Shown here: positions 48,058 through 57,001 of the stretch, one piece after another
How the letters are laid out: each line of letters begins with the position of its first letter
Position numbering within the stretch: the first letter of the stretch is position 1
Virus record (IMG/VR): IMGVR_UViG_3300027892_002613
Coordinates: 1-64,000 of that record
DNA length: 64,000 nt
From: a virus
Taxonomy: Duplodnaviria > Caudoviricetes
Direction: 5' to 3' (one strand)
Translations under genes and position numbers: made by a program
The notes under the pieces: model-generated
Told to the model about the DNA's origin: nothing
The model's input: the letters and a program-made list of their open reading frames with translations, nothing else
Database searches by the model: none

Positions 48058-48464
48058 AAGTATGGTTATGGAGAGCATTAGGATTGGTATTCGTAGGTTG
48101 TGCATATATAGGAGCAATAGTTCCAGGTGTACCAATGACTACATTCGTTATATTAGCGGCATGGGCTTTCGCTAAAAGTTCACCAAAGTTAAATCATTGG
48201 TTGCACACTCACCCAACATTCTCACCACACTTAATTCGTTGGGAAGAAAAAAGTATTTACCCAACAAAGGTAAAATGGATAATGGTAACTACTATGATTA
48301 TCAGTTATACTATTCTATTATTTACATTACATAAACCTGCGGCACTTATTGGTATTGGTGGATTTATGTTATTTTGGATAGTATGGGCATGGAGATTTCC
48401 CGGCTCAGAAGAAGAGTGGAAACGAAGAAAAAAAGAAGGTAAAAAAATAGGTTGGATAAAGTAA
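48054..48464 (+). CDS. YbaN/DUF454-like inner-membrane protein
   Basis: IG.IVPG.P.T.F.ILAAW.FAKSSP.L..WL..HP.F motif; several hydrophobic helices. Confidence 0.8.
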   Translation: MKVWLWRALGLVFVGCAYIGAIVPGVPMTTFVILAAWAFAKSSPKLNHWLHTHPTFSPHLIRWEEKSIYPTKVKWIMVTTMIISYTILLFTLHKPAALIGIGGFMLFWIVWAWRFPGSEEEWKRRKKEGKKIGWIK

Positions 48465-48518
48465 TTGTTTTTGTATATTTGTATATATTTATAGGGGAAT
48501 CTCAACTCCTTCCGTTTC

Positions 48519-48812
48519 ATGAAAAAGTTTTTAAACAAAATCATCTCATTCTTTACTCCTACACCTAAAGGAGAATTTCCTGCAACCCCACGAGGGTTTA
48601 CTGCTGCCAAAAATTGGGCACAGAATCAACCACATCCATATTCCGAAAACTTAACCCTTTGGGAATCGATATACACTACAAACGATGACGGGTGGTATGT
48701 TCTTCAGAGAATCAATCGTCATAAGAAATTACACGATGCTTACACTAAATGTAAGACTACTAAAGGGTGTAATGAATTGAATCTCAAAGAGTTAGAAGAG
48801 GAAATATTTTAG
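48519..48812 (+). CDS. Hypothetical protein
   Basis: ORF preceded by ATATTTATA at 48485. Confidence 0.55.
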   Translation: MKKFLNKIISFFTPTPKGEFPATPRGFTAAKNWAQNQPHPYSENLTLWESIYTTNDDGWYVLQRINRHKKLHDAYTKCKTTKGCNELNLKELEEEIF

Positions 48813-48832
48813 TAAAAAAATATTAAAAAAAG

Positions 48833-48864
48833 CTTGGAATATTCGATATATTAGTGTATCTTTG
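48833..48864 (+). promoter_or_regulatory. Bacteroidota-type promoter
   Basis: CTTG(48833)-N20-TATCTTTG(48857). Confidence 0.7.
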
Positions 48865-48939
48865 TTCTAAGTTTATTACTTGTAGGTATTTATATCTATA
48901 AACTTAAACTTAATTTTTAAACCATAAAACAAATAAAGC

Positions 48940-49815
48940 ATGTCAACAAACATTGATGCAATCAGAGCCCGTCTGAACAAACTTCAGGGGACACAGAAAA
49001 CGGCTGACTCACTATGGAAGCCAACAGTTGGTAAACACCAAATCCGTTTAGTACCTTACAAATTCAACAAGGATATTCCTTTTATTGAATTGTATTTTCA
49101 CTACAACATCAACAACAAATCCTATTTATCACCAGCTTCATTCGGAAGACCTGACCCTATCGTAGAGTTTGCAGAAAAACTTAAGAGAATGGGTGGAAAG
49201 GATGATTACCGCGAAGCTAAGAAAATGGAGCCAAAATTGAGAACTTTTGTTCCCGTAATCGTAAGAGGTCAGGAAAATGAAGGTGTTAAGTTTTGGGGAT
49301 TCGGTAAGACAGTTTATCAAGAATTATTGGGTTATTTCGCAGACCCAGATTACGGTGATTTATCTGACCCTTTTAGTGGTAGAGATATCGTCGTAGATTA
49401 CGCAGCAGCGGAAGGTGGAGCATCTTACCCAACTACTACTATCAGAGTTAAACCTACAACTACTAAGTTGCATGAGAACGATGAGAAGATTAAGGAGTTG
49501 ATTGGTAACGAAAAAGAAATCACCACTATCTACTCAGAATTGTCATATGATGAGTTGAAGAAAATCTTAGAAAATTGGTTAGCTGGAAACACAACTGATG
49601 AGGGTGCACAATCTGCTACACAAGAAACACTTGTGGCTAAAACAGAGAAAAGTGTAAGTGATTCATTTGACTTCGATACAAAGCCTCACCAATTAGATGA
49701 TGCGATTCCACATAAGGCTACTCAGCAAGAGTTACCTTGGGATGAAACACCATCAGCACCTGTATCCAAAACAACTCAACAAGTTGCGGATGCATTCGAA
49801 GATTTATTCAAATAA
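48940..49815 (+). CDS. Single-stranded DNA-binding protein (gp32-like)
   Basis: WKP..G...IR.VP, DPI.E, W.FGK.VY and GRD motifs; acidic tail ending AFEDLFK; adjacent to the recombinase. Confidence 0.8.
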   Translation: MSTNIDAIRARLNKLQGTQKTADSLWKPTVGKHQIRLVPYKFNKDIPFIELYFHYNINNKSYLSPASFGRPDPIVEFAEKLKRMGGKDDYREAKKMEPKLRTFVPVIVRGQENEGVKFWGFGKTVYQELLGYFADPDYGDLSDPFSGRDIVVDYAAAEGGASYPTTTIRVKPTTTKLHENDEKIKELIGNEKEITTIYSELSYDELKKILENWLAGNTTDEGAQSATQETLVAKTEKSVSDSFDFDTKPHQLDDAIPHKATQQELPWDETPSAPVSKTTQQVADAFEDLFK

Positions 49816-49830
49816 TAACAAGTTATAATT

Positions 49831-50949
49831 ATGGCAAAAAATGATTTAGCAGATATTCTGGTCGAAAGTCTGAACAAGAAAAATAAAGACCAAAAAATCG
49901 CCTTCTTCTTAGATGATGATTCCGATGGAGCACCAACCAATGTAAATGGATGGATTTCAACCGGAGCAGCTATGTTGGATGTTGCTATTTCTAATCGCCC
50001 GTATGGTGGAATACCTGTTGGTAGAATTACTGAAATCACAGGTTTAGAGCAGAGTGGTAAATCATTACTCTCTGCTCACATCTTAGCGGAAACTCAAAAA
50101 CAAGGTGGAGTTGCGGTATTGATTGATACTGAAACTGCGGTAAGTAGAGAGTTCTTTGATGCAATTGGAGTAGATGTATCCAAACTTCTATATGTGAGTG
50201 TAGATACAGTTGAGGATATATTTGAAACAATTGAAACAATCATTGAAAAAGTTAGAACATCTGACAAAGATAGATTAGTAACAATCGTTGTGGATTCCGT
50301 TGCGGCGGCTTCTACTAAGAAAGAGATGGAATCGGATTATGATAAAGACGGTTATGCAACCGATAAAGCTATTATCATATCTAAGGCAATGAGAAAGATT
50401 ACCAATGTAATTGGTAGACAGAAAATTGCAGTTATCTTCACAAACCAATTAAGACAAAAGTTAGGAGTAATGTTCGGTGACCCTTGGACAACAAGTGGTG
50501 GTAAGGCTTTGGCTTTCCACGCATCGGTTCGTTTAAGATTGAAGAACGTTGGACAAGTTAAAACTAAAATTGGTGGAACGGATAAAACAGTAGGAATCTC
50601 AGTAAGAGCACAAGTGGTTAAGAACCGATTAGGGCCACCACTCCGTTCAGCTGATTTTGAAATCTATTTCGATAGAGGTATTGATAATTATGGTAGCTGG
50701 CTAACTGTATTGAAAGATAATAAGTTAGTTAAGCAAGGTGGAGCTTGGTATGAGTATGTAGATACTGATACGGGTGAAGTTGTGAAATTCCAATCTAAGG
50801 ATTTCATTGTAATGATGCAACAAAAACCTGAGTTAAGAGACCAAATTTATAAAAAGATTTGTGAAACAACTATTATTCAATATAAGAAAGATACATACGA
50901 TATTGAATCAATGGAAATTGATACAAATTTACCAAACGAAGTAGAATAG
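49831..50949 (+). CDS. recA: RecA/UvsX recombinase
   Basis: GGIPVGRITEITGLEQSGKS (Walker A), VVDSVAA, NQLR.K.GVMFGDP.TTSGGKAL.F.ASVR. Confidence 0.95.
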   Translation: MAKNDLADILVESLNKKNKDQKIAFFLDDDSDGAPTNVNGWISTGAAMLDVAISNRPYGGIPVGRITEITGLEQSGKSLLSAHILAETQKQGGVAVLIDTETAVSREFFDAIGVDVSKLLYVSVDTVEDIFETIETIIEKVRTSDKDRLVTIVVDSVAAASTKKEMESDYDKDGYATDKAIIISKAMRKITNVIGRQKIAVIFTNQLRQKLGVMFGDPWTTSGGKALAFHASVRLRLKNVGQVKTKIGGTDKTVGISVRAQVVKNRLGPPLRSADFEIYFDRGIDNYGSWLTVLKDNKLVKQGGAWYEYVDTDTGEVVKFQSKDFIVMMQQKPELRDQIYKKICETTIIQYKKDTYDIESMEIDTNLPNEVE

Positions 50950-51986
50950 TGAATAACAAATACAAGAATTTATTAGATGAAGTAAATTTGGAACATACCA
51001 CTAAACACCTTAGAACTAGAAATTCTAAGGTGTTATTTGTGGATGGTTTAAATATGTTCTTCCGTTGCTGGAGTACAAACCCAACAATGAACGAAGATGG
51101 AGAACACACAGGTGGTATGGTTGGATTCCTAAAATCATTAGGAGCAGTTATACGCCAGGAAAACCCTACTAGAGTAGTAGTAATATTTGATGGTAAGGGG
51201 GGCTCACAAAAAAGAAAAGAAGTATTCTCAAATTACAAAGCGGATAGAAAAGTTAAATTCAGAGTCAATCGTCAGTATGCTGATATGATGAGTGAAGAAG
51301 ATGAGCAAGTAAGTTTGAGAAGGCAATTGAGTTCATTGGCTAACATCTTAGGTGTATTGCCTGTAACTACAATGATATATGATAACATAGAGGCAGATGA
51401 TGTAATAGGTTATTTAGCTAAACAAGTTATCAAAGAAGATGAAGGAGCATTAATTCTTTCATCGGATAAAGATTTCCTACAATTAGTTTCGGATAATATC
51501 CACGTTTGGAATCCATTGAAGAAACAAAAAATTGATAAGGATAAATTAAAAGAATTATACGGAGTTCACGCAGAAAACTTTATATGGTATAGAGTAATGG
51601 ATGGTGATAAATCCGATAACATAGATGGTGTAAGGGGATGTGGATTAAAAACACTTCTTAAAAGATTGCCTGTATTGGAAACCGATGCTAGATTGACAGT
51701 AGATGAACTGATGAGATTAGCGGAAGAACAAAAAGGGGAATACAAAGTTTTTCAAACCATTTTAGATAGTAAAAAAATAATTGAAAGAAATTTCCAAATA
51801 ATGCAATTGGAAGACCCGGATATTAGCGGGATTACCAAACTTAAAATAAACGACAGATTTATTGAATCAGTTGAACCATTGGATAAAATGAAATTCATTG
51901 GGTTTGGAATGAAATATAAGATACTACAAAATTGGGGAGATGTTAATGATTGGCTGAGGTCATCATTCGGTAATTTAGTTTTATAA
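50949..51986 (+). CDS. 5'-3' exonuclease / flap endonuclease (T4 RNase H-like)
   Basis: VDG.N, FDG.GG...R...Y.YK..R, EADD, SSDKDFLQL and GDKSDNI.GV.G.G.KT motifs. Confidence 0.92.
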   Translation: MNNKYKNLLDEVNLEHTTKHLRTRNSKVLFVDGLNMFFRCWSTNPTMNEDGEHTGGMVGFLKSLGAVIRQENPTRVVVIFDGKGGSQKRKEVFSNYKADRKVKFRVNRQYADMMSEEDEQVSLRRQLSSLANILGVLPVTTMIYDNIEADDVIGYLAKQVIKEDEGALILSSDKDFLQLVSDNIHVWNPLKKQKIDKDKLKELYGVHAENFIWYRVMDGDKSDNIDGVRGCGLKTLLKRLPVLETDARLTVDELMRLAEEQKGEYKVFQTILDSKKIIERNFQIMQLEDPDISGITKLKINDRFIESVEPLDKMKFIGFGMKYKILQNWGDVNDWLRSSFGNLVL

Positions 51987-51989
51987 TAA

Positions 51990-52021
51990 TTTGGAAATTC
52001 CAAATTTTAATCTTATATTTG
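51990..52021 (+). promoter_or_regulatory. Bacteroidota-type promoter
   Basis: TTTG(51990)-N20-TATATTTG(52014), a full consensus match. Confidence 0.75.
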
Positions 52022-52025
52022 TGGT

Positions 52026-53387
52026 ATGAGTGAAGCGGTAGATAATTTAGCAAAATACGGACAGAGTTACCAAACAAAAGTGGTAACCAATTTAGTAACA
52101 GATAGACCTTTCTTAGAGCAAGTTTCGGATATTTTGGAAACAAAATATTTTGAATCCGATACTAACAAATGGGTAGTTGATATAACCCGTAAATATTTTT
52201 CTAAATACAAAAATACTCCTACTACTGATTTCTTTAAAACGGAGATACAAAAAATTACCGATAAGGCACTTCAACAAAATGTTCTTACTCAATTAAAAGC
52301 AATTTACGCTCTTCAAAGTGGAGGGGATTCCGAATGGGTTAAGAACGAATTCGTAACATTCTGTAAAAATCAAAACTTTAAAAATGTTATCCTTACATCA
52401 GTTGACTTATTACAAACGGGTCAATTTGATAAGATTGAAAAATTAGTAAGAGATGCGGTTAAAGTTGGACAATCAAATGATTTAGGATTAGATTACAAAG
52501 AAGATATAGAAGTTCGTTTTGAAGAGGTTAATAGAAAAACCGTTAAAACTAATTGGGATGTAATCGATGAGTTAATAGATGGAGGATTGGGGCCTGGTGA
52601 ATTAGGAGTAATCGTTGCACCATCTGGAGTTGGTAAGACTTGGGTTCTTTGCCACATTGGTGCGGAAGCAGTTAGACAAGGTAAGAATGTATTACACTAT
52701 ACATTAGAACTTACACAGAACTATGTTGGGCAGAGATATGATACAATCTTTACCGGTATCCCATCAGCTGAGTTAAGAGATAATAAAGAACACATTAAGG
52801 ATAAGGTAGATAAACTAAAAGGTGGATTGATGATTAAATATTATCCACCAAAGGGTATTACTGCAAACACAATTGCGGCACACATTGATATGGTTCGTTC
52901 AACCAAATTTCAGCCCGATTTGATAATTATAGACTACGCTGATTTATTGATGAGTGTTAGCTCAAAAAATAATTCAGATTATCAGGAACAAGGTGGTATC
53001 TATATTGATTTAAGAGCAATGGGAGGTGAGTATCAAATACCAATTTGGACTGCATCCCAAACTAATAGAAGTGCTATTGAAAGTGAAGTAATTCACGCTG
53101 ATAAAATTGCGGATAGTTATGCAAAAGTAATGAACGCAGATTTAATCATATCAGTTAGTAGAAAAGATACTGATAAGTTGAATGATACTGCTAGATTCCA
53201 CGTTATGAAAAACAGATTTGGACCAGATGGATTAACATTCCCTGCAAAGATGAACACTAACAAAGGTATCATTGAAGTATATGCGGCTAATTCATCAAAT
53301 GGAATTATAGCGAGTAAAGAGAGTAAAAATGGAGAGTTATTACAAAAACAACTACTACATAAAAAGTATGTAGATAATATGGGATAA
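52026..53387 (+). CDS. Replicative DNA helicase (DnaB / gp41-like)
   Basis: APSGVGKT (Walker A), YTLEL, IIIDYADL, WTASQ.NR and KNRFG motifs. Confidence 0.93.
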   Translation: MSEAVDNLAKYGQSYQTKVVTNLVTDRPFLEQVSDILETKYFESDTNKWVVDITRKYFSKYKNTPTTDFFKTEIQKITDKALQQNVLTQLKAIYALQSGGDSEWVKNEFVTFCKNQNFKNVILTSVDLLQTGQFDKIEKLVRDAVKVGQSNDLGLDYKEDIEVRFEEVNRKTVKTNWDVIDELIDGGLGPGELGVIVAPSGVGKTWVLCHIGAEAVRQGKNVLHYTLELTQNYVGQRYDTIFTGIPSAELRDNKEHIKDKVDKLKGGLMIKYYPPKGITANTIAAHIDMVRSTKFQPDLIIIDYADLLMSVSSKNNSDYQEQGGIYIDLRAMGGEYQIPIWTASQTNRSAIESEVIHADKIADSYAKVMNADLIISVSRKDTDKLNDTARFHVMKNRFGPDGLTFPAKMNTNKGIIEVYAANSSNGIIASKESKNGELLQKQLLHKKYVDNMG

Positions 53388-53397
53388 AATATATTTT

Positions 53398-53748
53398 ATG
53401 TTAACACAAGAACAAATAGACATTATCGATGGTATATCAACCGGTATGGCCATCTTAGAAGGATTAGATGAAGCCATAATGGGGTATGATTCATCATCTA
53501 AAAGAATTGTATATGATTACTCCACCATAGTAGAAATTTTAGTAGAAGGTGGTATGTTAGAATATGATGCTATTGAATATATTGAATATAATATAGTGAA
53601 TATGAAATTAACGGATGATGCTGGAGTAGATATAACTCCAATATTATTTAGCGAATATCCATCAATAGATGAATTAGAAGAATTAGAAAATGAGGATTTA
53701 GAAGAAGAGATAGAGGAAGAAGATGAAAATTTTTCTAAAGAAAACTAA
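53398..53748 (+). CDS. Hypothetical acidic protein
   Basis: G.DEAI.G...R.VYD...A.EY.EYN pattern; Glu-rich tail. Confidence 0.65.
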   Translation: MLTQEQIDIIDGISTGMAILEGLDEAIMGYDSSSKRIVYDYSTIVEILVEGGMLEYDAIEYIEYNIVNMKLTDDAGVDITPILFSEYPSIDELEELENEDLEEEIEEEDENFSKEN

Positions 53749-53854
53749 AGAAAAAACGACAGAAAAAGATTTCTAAAGAACCAAAAACTTTTTAGAGATT
53801 TTGATGTATTTATTCTTACCCCTATTAGGATAAACACATAATAAAGACTATAAT

Positions 53855-54868
53855 ATGAGCAAATTATTTACGGATAGAATCGCCTATAAACCATTTGAAT
53901 TTCCAGAATACTATAACGAAGGTTGGTTAAAACAAATGCAGGCATTTTGGTTACATACTGAAATACCAATGCAAGGCGATGTGAAGGATTGGAATGAGAA
54001 TTTAACAAAAGAAGAAAAACATTTAGTTGGAAATATTCTTTTAGGTTTTGCTCAAACGGAATGTGCAGTATCAGACTATTGGACTGGTATGGTTACAAAA
54101 TGGTTTCCAAAGCATGAGATTAGACAGATGGCAATGGCATTTGGTTCACAAGAAACAATACATTCAGTTGCATACTCATACTTAAATGAAACATTAGGAT
54201 TAGATGATTTCGCAGGCTTTATGCATGATGAGGTTATGAAAGAAAGATTTGAATTACTAACGAATACAACAGCTGAATGGACTCCTAAAGATTTGGATAC
54301 TAATCATACGGCTAGAGTTGAGGTTGCTCGCTCACTTGCTATATTTTCAGCATTTGCAGAAGGTGTAGCATTGTATTCTTCATTTGCAGTTCTTTATAGT
54401 TTCCAAATGAGAAACTTACTAAAAGGAATTGGACAACAAATGAAATGGAGTGTTAGAGATGAATCCCTACATTCAAAGATGGGTTGTCAATTATTCAGAC
54501 ATATGTGTAGTGAATTTCCTGAATTGTTAGAAGAAGCAAAAGCTGATATCTACAAAGCAGCTGAAATCATTAGAGATTTGGAACACAAATTCATTGATAA
54601 GATTTTTGAACAGGGTGATTTAGATAATCTTAAAAAAGATGAGCTAAAAGAATTCATTACAAAGAGAGTTAATGAAAAATTGGGAGAGTTAGGATATAAC
54701 CCAATTAAAGGTGGAGATGACTACTTTGAGTTTAACGAAAAGAAAGCATCCGAATTAGATTGGTTTTATCATCTTACAGGTGGAGTAACCCACACAGATT
54801 TCTTCGCTATGAGACCTACTGATTATAGTAAGGCAGGTGAAGGTGAAAATTGGGATGATTTATTTTAA
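53855..54868 (+). CDS. nrdB: Ribonucleotide reductase class I beta subunit
   Basis: FW...E, E..H..AYS (radical Tyr), EGV.LYSSF, RDESLH and DFF motifs. Confidence 0.95.
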   Translation: MSKLFTDRIAYKPFEFPEYYNEGWLKQMQAFWLHTEIPMQGDVKDWNENLTKEEKHLVGNILLGFAQTECAVSDYWTGMVTKWFPKHEIRQMAMAFGSQETIHSVAYSYLNETLGLDDFAGFMHDEVMKERFELLTNTTAEWTPKDLDTNHTARVEVARSLAIFSAFAEGVALYSSFAVLYSFQMRNLLKGIGQQMKWSVRDESLHSKMGCQLFRHMCSEFPELLEEAKADIYKAAEIIRDLEHKFIDKIFEQGDLDNLKKDELKEFITKRVNEKLGELGYNPIKGGDDYFEFNEKKASELDWFYHLTGGVTHTDFFAMRPTDYSKAGEGENWDDLF

Positions 54869-54877
54869 AAAAAGTTT

Positions 54878-56659
54878 ATGAAAAATTACGGAGAAGAATA
54901 CGATTGGGAAGTTGATGTCGACTTTCCTTCTTGGGGAAACAATGAGATATATGTAAAAACTATATCCAAAACATATTTGCAAGCAGGAGAAAAACCAAAA
55001 GATGCATATTGGAGAGTTGCTACGACAGTTGCTAAGAGGTTAGAAAAACCACAATTAGCAACAAAGTTCTTTGATTACATTTGGAGAGGATGGTTATGTT
55101 TAGCAACGCCAGTATTATCAAACACAGGTACGGATAGAGGTTTACCAATCTCTTGTTTTGGTATTGATGTGGGTGATAGTATTTTTGAAATCGGTTCAAA
55201 GAATTTAGAATTAATGTTGTTAGCAAAGCACGGAGGTGGAGTTGGTATCGGAATCAATATGATTCGACCTGCAGGTACTAAAATCACAGGAAATGGTACA
55301 TCTGATGGGGTAGTTCCTTTTTGTAAAATCTATGATTCAACTATCCTTGCAACAAATCAGGGTTCAGTTCGTAGAGGAGCAGCATCAGTAAATATTAAAA
55401 TCGAACATAAAGATATTGAAGATTTCTTAGAGATTAGAGAACCCAAAGGCGATGTTAATCGTCAATCACTTAACTTACACCAATGTGTTGTAATTAGTGA
55501 TAGATTTATGAAGAAGTTAGAAGAAGGTGATTCAGAAGCCCGTAGAAAGTGGGGTAAAATATTACAAAAAAGAAAAGCAACCGGTGAACCATATATTATG
55601 TATAAGGGAAATGTGAACAAAGCAAATCCTGAAATGTATAAGAAGAATGGTTTGAAAGTTCATATGACTAATATTTGTTCTGAAATCGTTTTACATACTG
55701 ATGAGCAACATTCATTTGTTTGTTGCCTAAGTTCATTAAACTTGGCAAAATACGATGAGTGGAAAGATACTGATTTAGTTTATACATCTACTATTTTCTT
55801 AGATGGTGTATTAGAAGAGTTCTTACAAAGAGCTAAGAATATGAAAGGATTTGAAAATGCAGTTCGTTCAGCAGAAAAAGGTAGAGCATTAGGATTAGGT
55901 GTATTAGGATGGCACACTTACTTACAACAAAAAGGATTACCATTTGAAGGATTGCAGGCTCAATTTGAAACTCGTAAGATTTTCTCTGGAATTAAGATTG
56001 AATCTGAAAGAGCAAGTAGAGATTTAGCAAATGAATATGGTGAACCACTATGGTGTAAAGAGAGTGGATTCCGTAATACTCACCTAAGAGCAGTAGCACC
56101 CACTGTATCAAACTCTAAGTTGAGTGGTAACGTAAGTAGTGGTATTGAACCTTGGGCTGCTAATGTATTTACAGAACAAACATCAAAAGGAACTTTCATT
56201 AGAAAAAATCCTGAATTGAGAAGAGTATTGAAAAAAATTGGATTTGATACAAAAGAAACATGGGATTCGATTTTAGCAGATGGTGGTTCTGTAATGGGAT
56301 TAGATTTCTTAGATGAGTGGTGTTATTTAGATGGTAAATTAGTTGAGTGTAATGAGGTAACCGAAGAATCACATAAAGGTAGATGTTATTCAGTTAAGGA
56401 TGTATTCAAAACATTTAAAGAAATTAATCAATTAGATTTAGTAAGACAAGCGGGTATTAGACAACAATACATTGACCAAGCCGTTTCTCTAAACTTAGCG
56501 TTTCCTGCAATAGCAGAACCAAAGTGGATTAATCAAGTTCACTTAGAAGCTTGGAAACAAGGTGTTAAGACTCTTTACTATATGAGAACTGAATCAGTAT
56601 TAAGAGGAGATATTGCGGCAAAAGCAATGGACCCAGAATGTGTAAGTTGTGAAGGTTAA
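54878..56659 (+). CDS. nrdA: Ribonucleotide reductase class I alpha subunit (no ATP cone)
   Basis: TPVLSN.G, ISCF, TNICSEI, CCLSS.N, APT, KTLYY and C-terminal CVSCEG. Confidence 0.95.
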   Translation: MKNYGEEYDWEVDVDFPSWGNNEIYVKTISKTYLQAGEKPKDAYWRVATTVAKRLEKPQLATKFFDYIWRGWLCLATPVLSNTGTDRGLPISCFGIDVGDSIFEIGSKNLELMLLAKHGGGVGIGINMIRPAGTKITGNGTSDGVVPFCKIYDSTILATNQGSVRRGAASVNIKIEHKDIEDFLEIREPKGDVNRQSLNLHQCVVISDRFMKKLEEGDSEARRKWGKILQKRKATGEPYIMYKGNVNKANPEMYKKNGLKVHMTNICSEIVLHTDEQHSFVCCLSSLNLAKYDEWKDTDLVYTSTIFLDGVLEEFLQRAKNMKGFENAVRSAEKGRALGLGVLGWHTYLQQKGLPFEGLQAQFETRKIFSGIKIESERASRDLANEYGEPLWCKESGFRNTHLRAVAPTVSNSKLSGNVSSGIEPWAANVFTEQTSKGTFIRKNPELRRVLKKIGFDTKETWDSILADGGSVMGLDFLDEWCYLDGKLVECNEVTEESHKGRCYSVKDVFKTFKEINQLDLVRQAGIRQQYIDQAVSLNLAFPAIAEPKWINQVHLEAWKQGVKTLYYMRTESVLRGDIAAKAMDPECVSCEG

Positions 56660-56681
56660 TATTTAAATAAAAGAAAAAGAC

Positions 56682-56945
56682 ATGTTAGAAGTAAAAAGAT
56701 TTTCAGCAGTATGGTGTGGGCCGTGTAGAGCATTAGCACCTGTAATGGAAGGTATTAAAAGCCAATATTCAAATGTAGTGTTTGAAACAATTGATGTAGA
56801 TACAGACCACGAACAGGCATCTAAATACGGAATTCGTTCAGTACCAACTGTAGTGTTTGTAAAGGATGGAGTAGAAGTTGATAGATTAGCAGGTGTAAAT
56901 GCAAAGATGACTTACGAGAACAAAATTAAGGAATATATTGGGTAA
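56682..56945 (+). CDS. trxA: Thioredoxin
   Basis: WCGPC active site and SVPT. Confidence 0.95.
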   Translation: MLEVKRFSAVWCGPCRALAPVMEGIKSQYSNVVFETIDVDTDHEQASKYGIRSVPTVVFVKDGVEVDRLAGVNAKMTYENKIKEYIG

Positions 56946-56949
56946 TAAA

Positions 56950-56981
56950 TTTGGTATTATCGTATAATTTTCGTATCTTTG
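56950..56981 (+). promoter_or_regulatory. Bacteroidota-type promoter
   Basis: TTTG(56950)-N20-TATCTTTG(56974), a full consensus match. Confidence 0.75.
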
Positions 56982-57001
56982 TGATACACTAAAATGTTAC
57001 A

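Noticed and set aside
53730-53800. Short repeats (TTCTAAAGAA twice) upstream of nrdB
   Set aside because: Low-complexity A-rich sequence with no convincing palindrome or known operator match.
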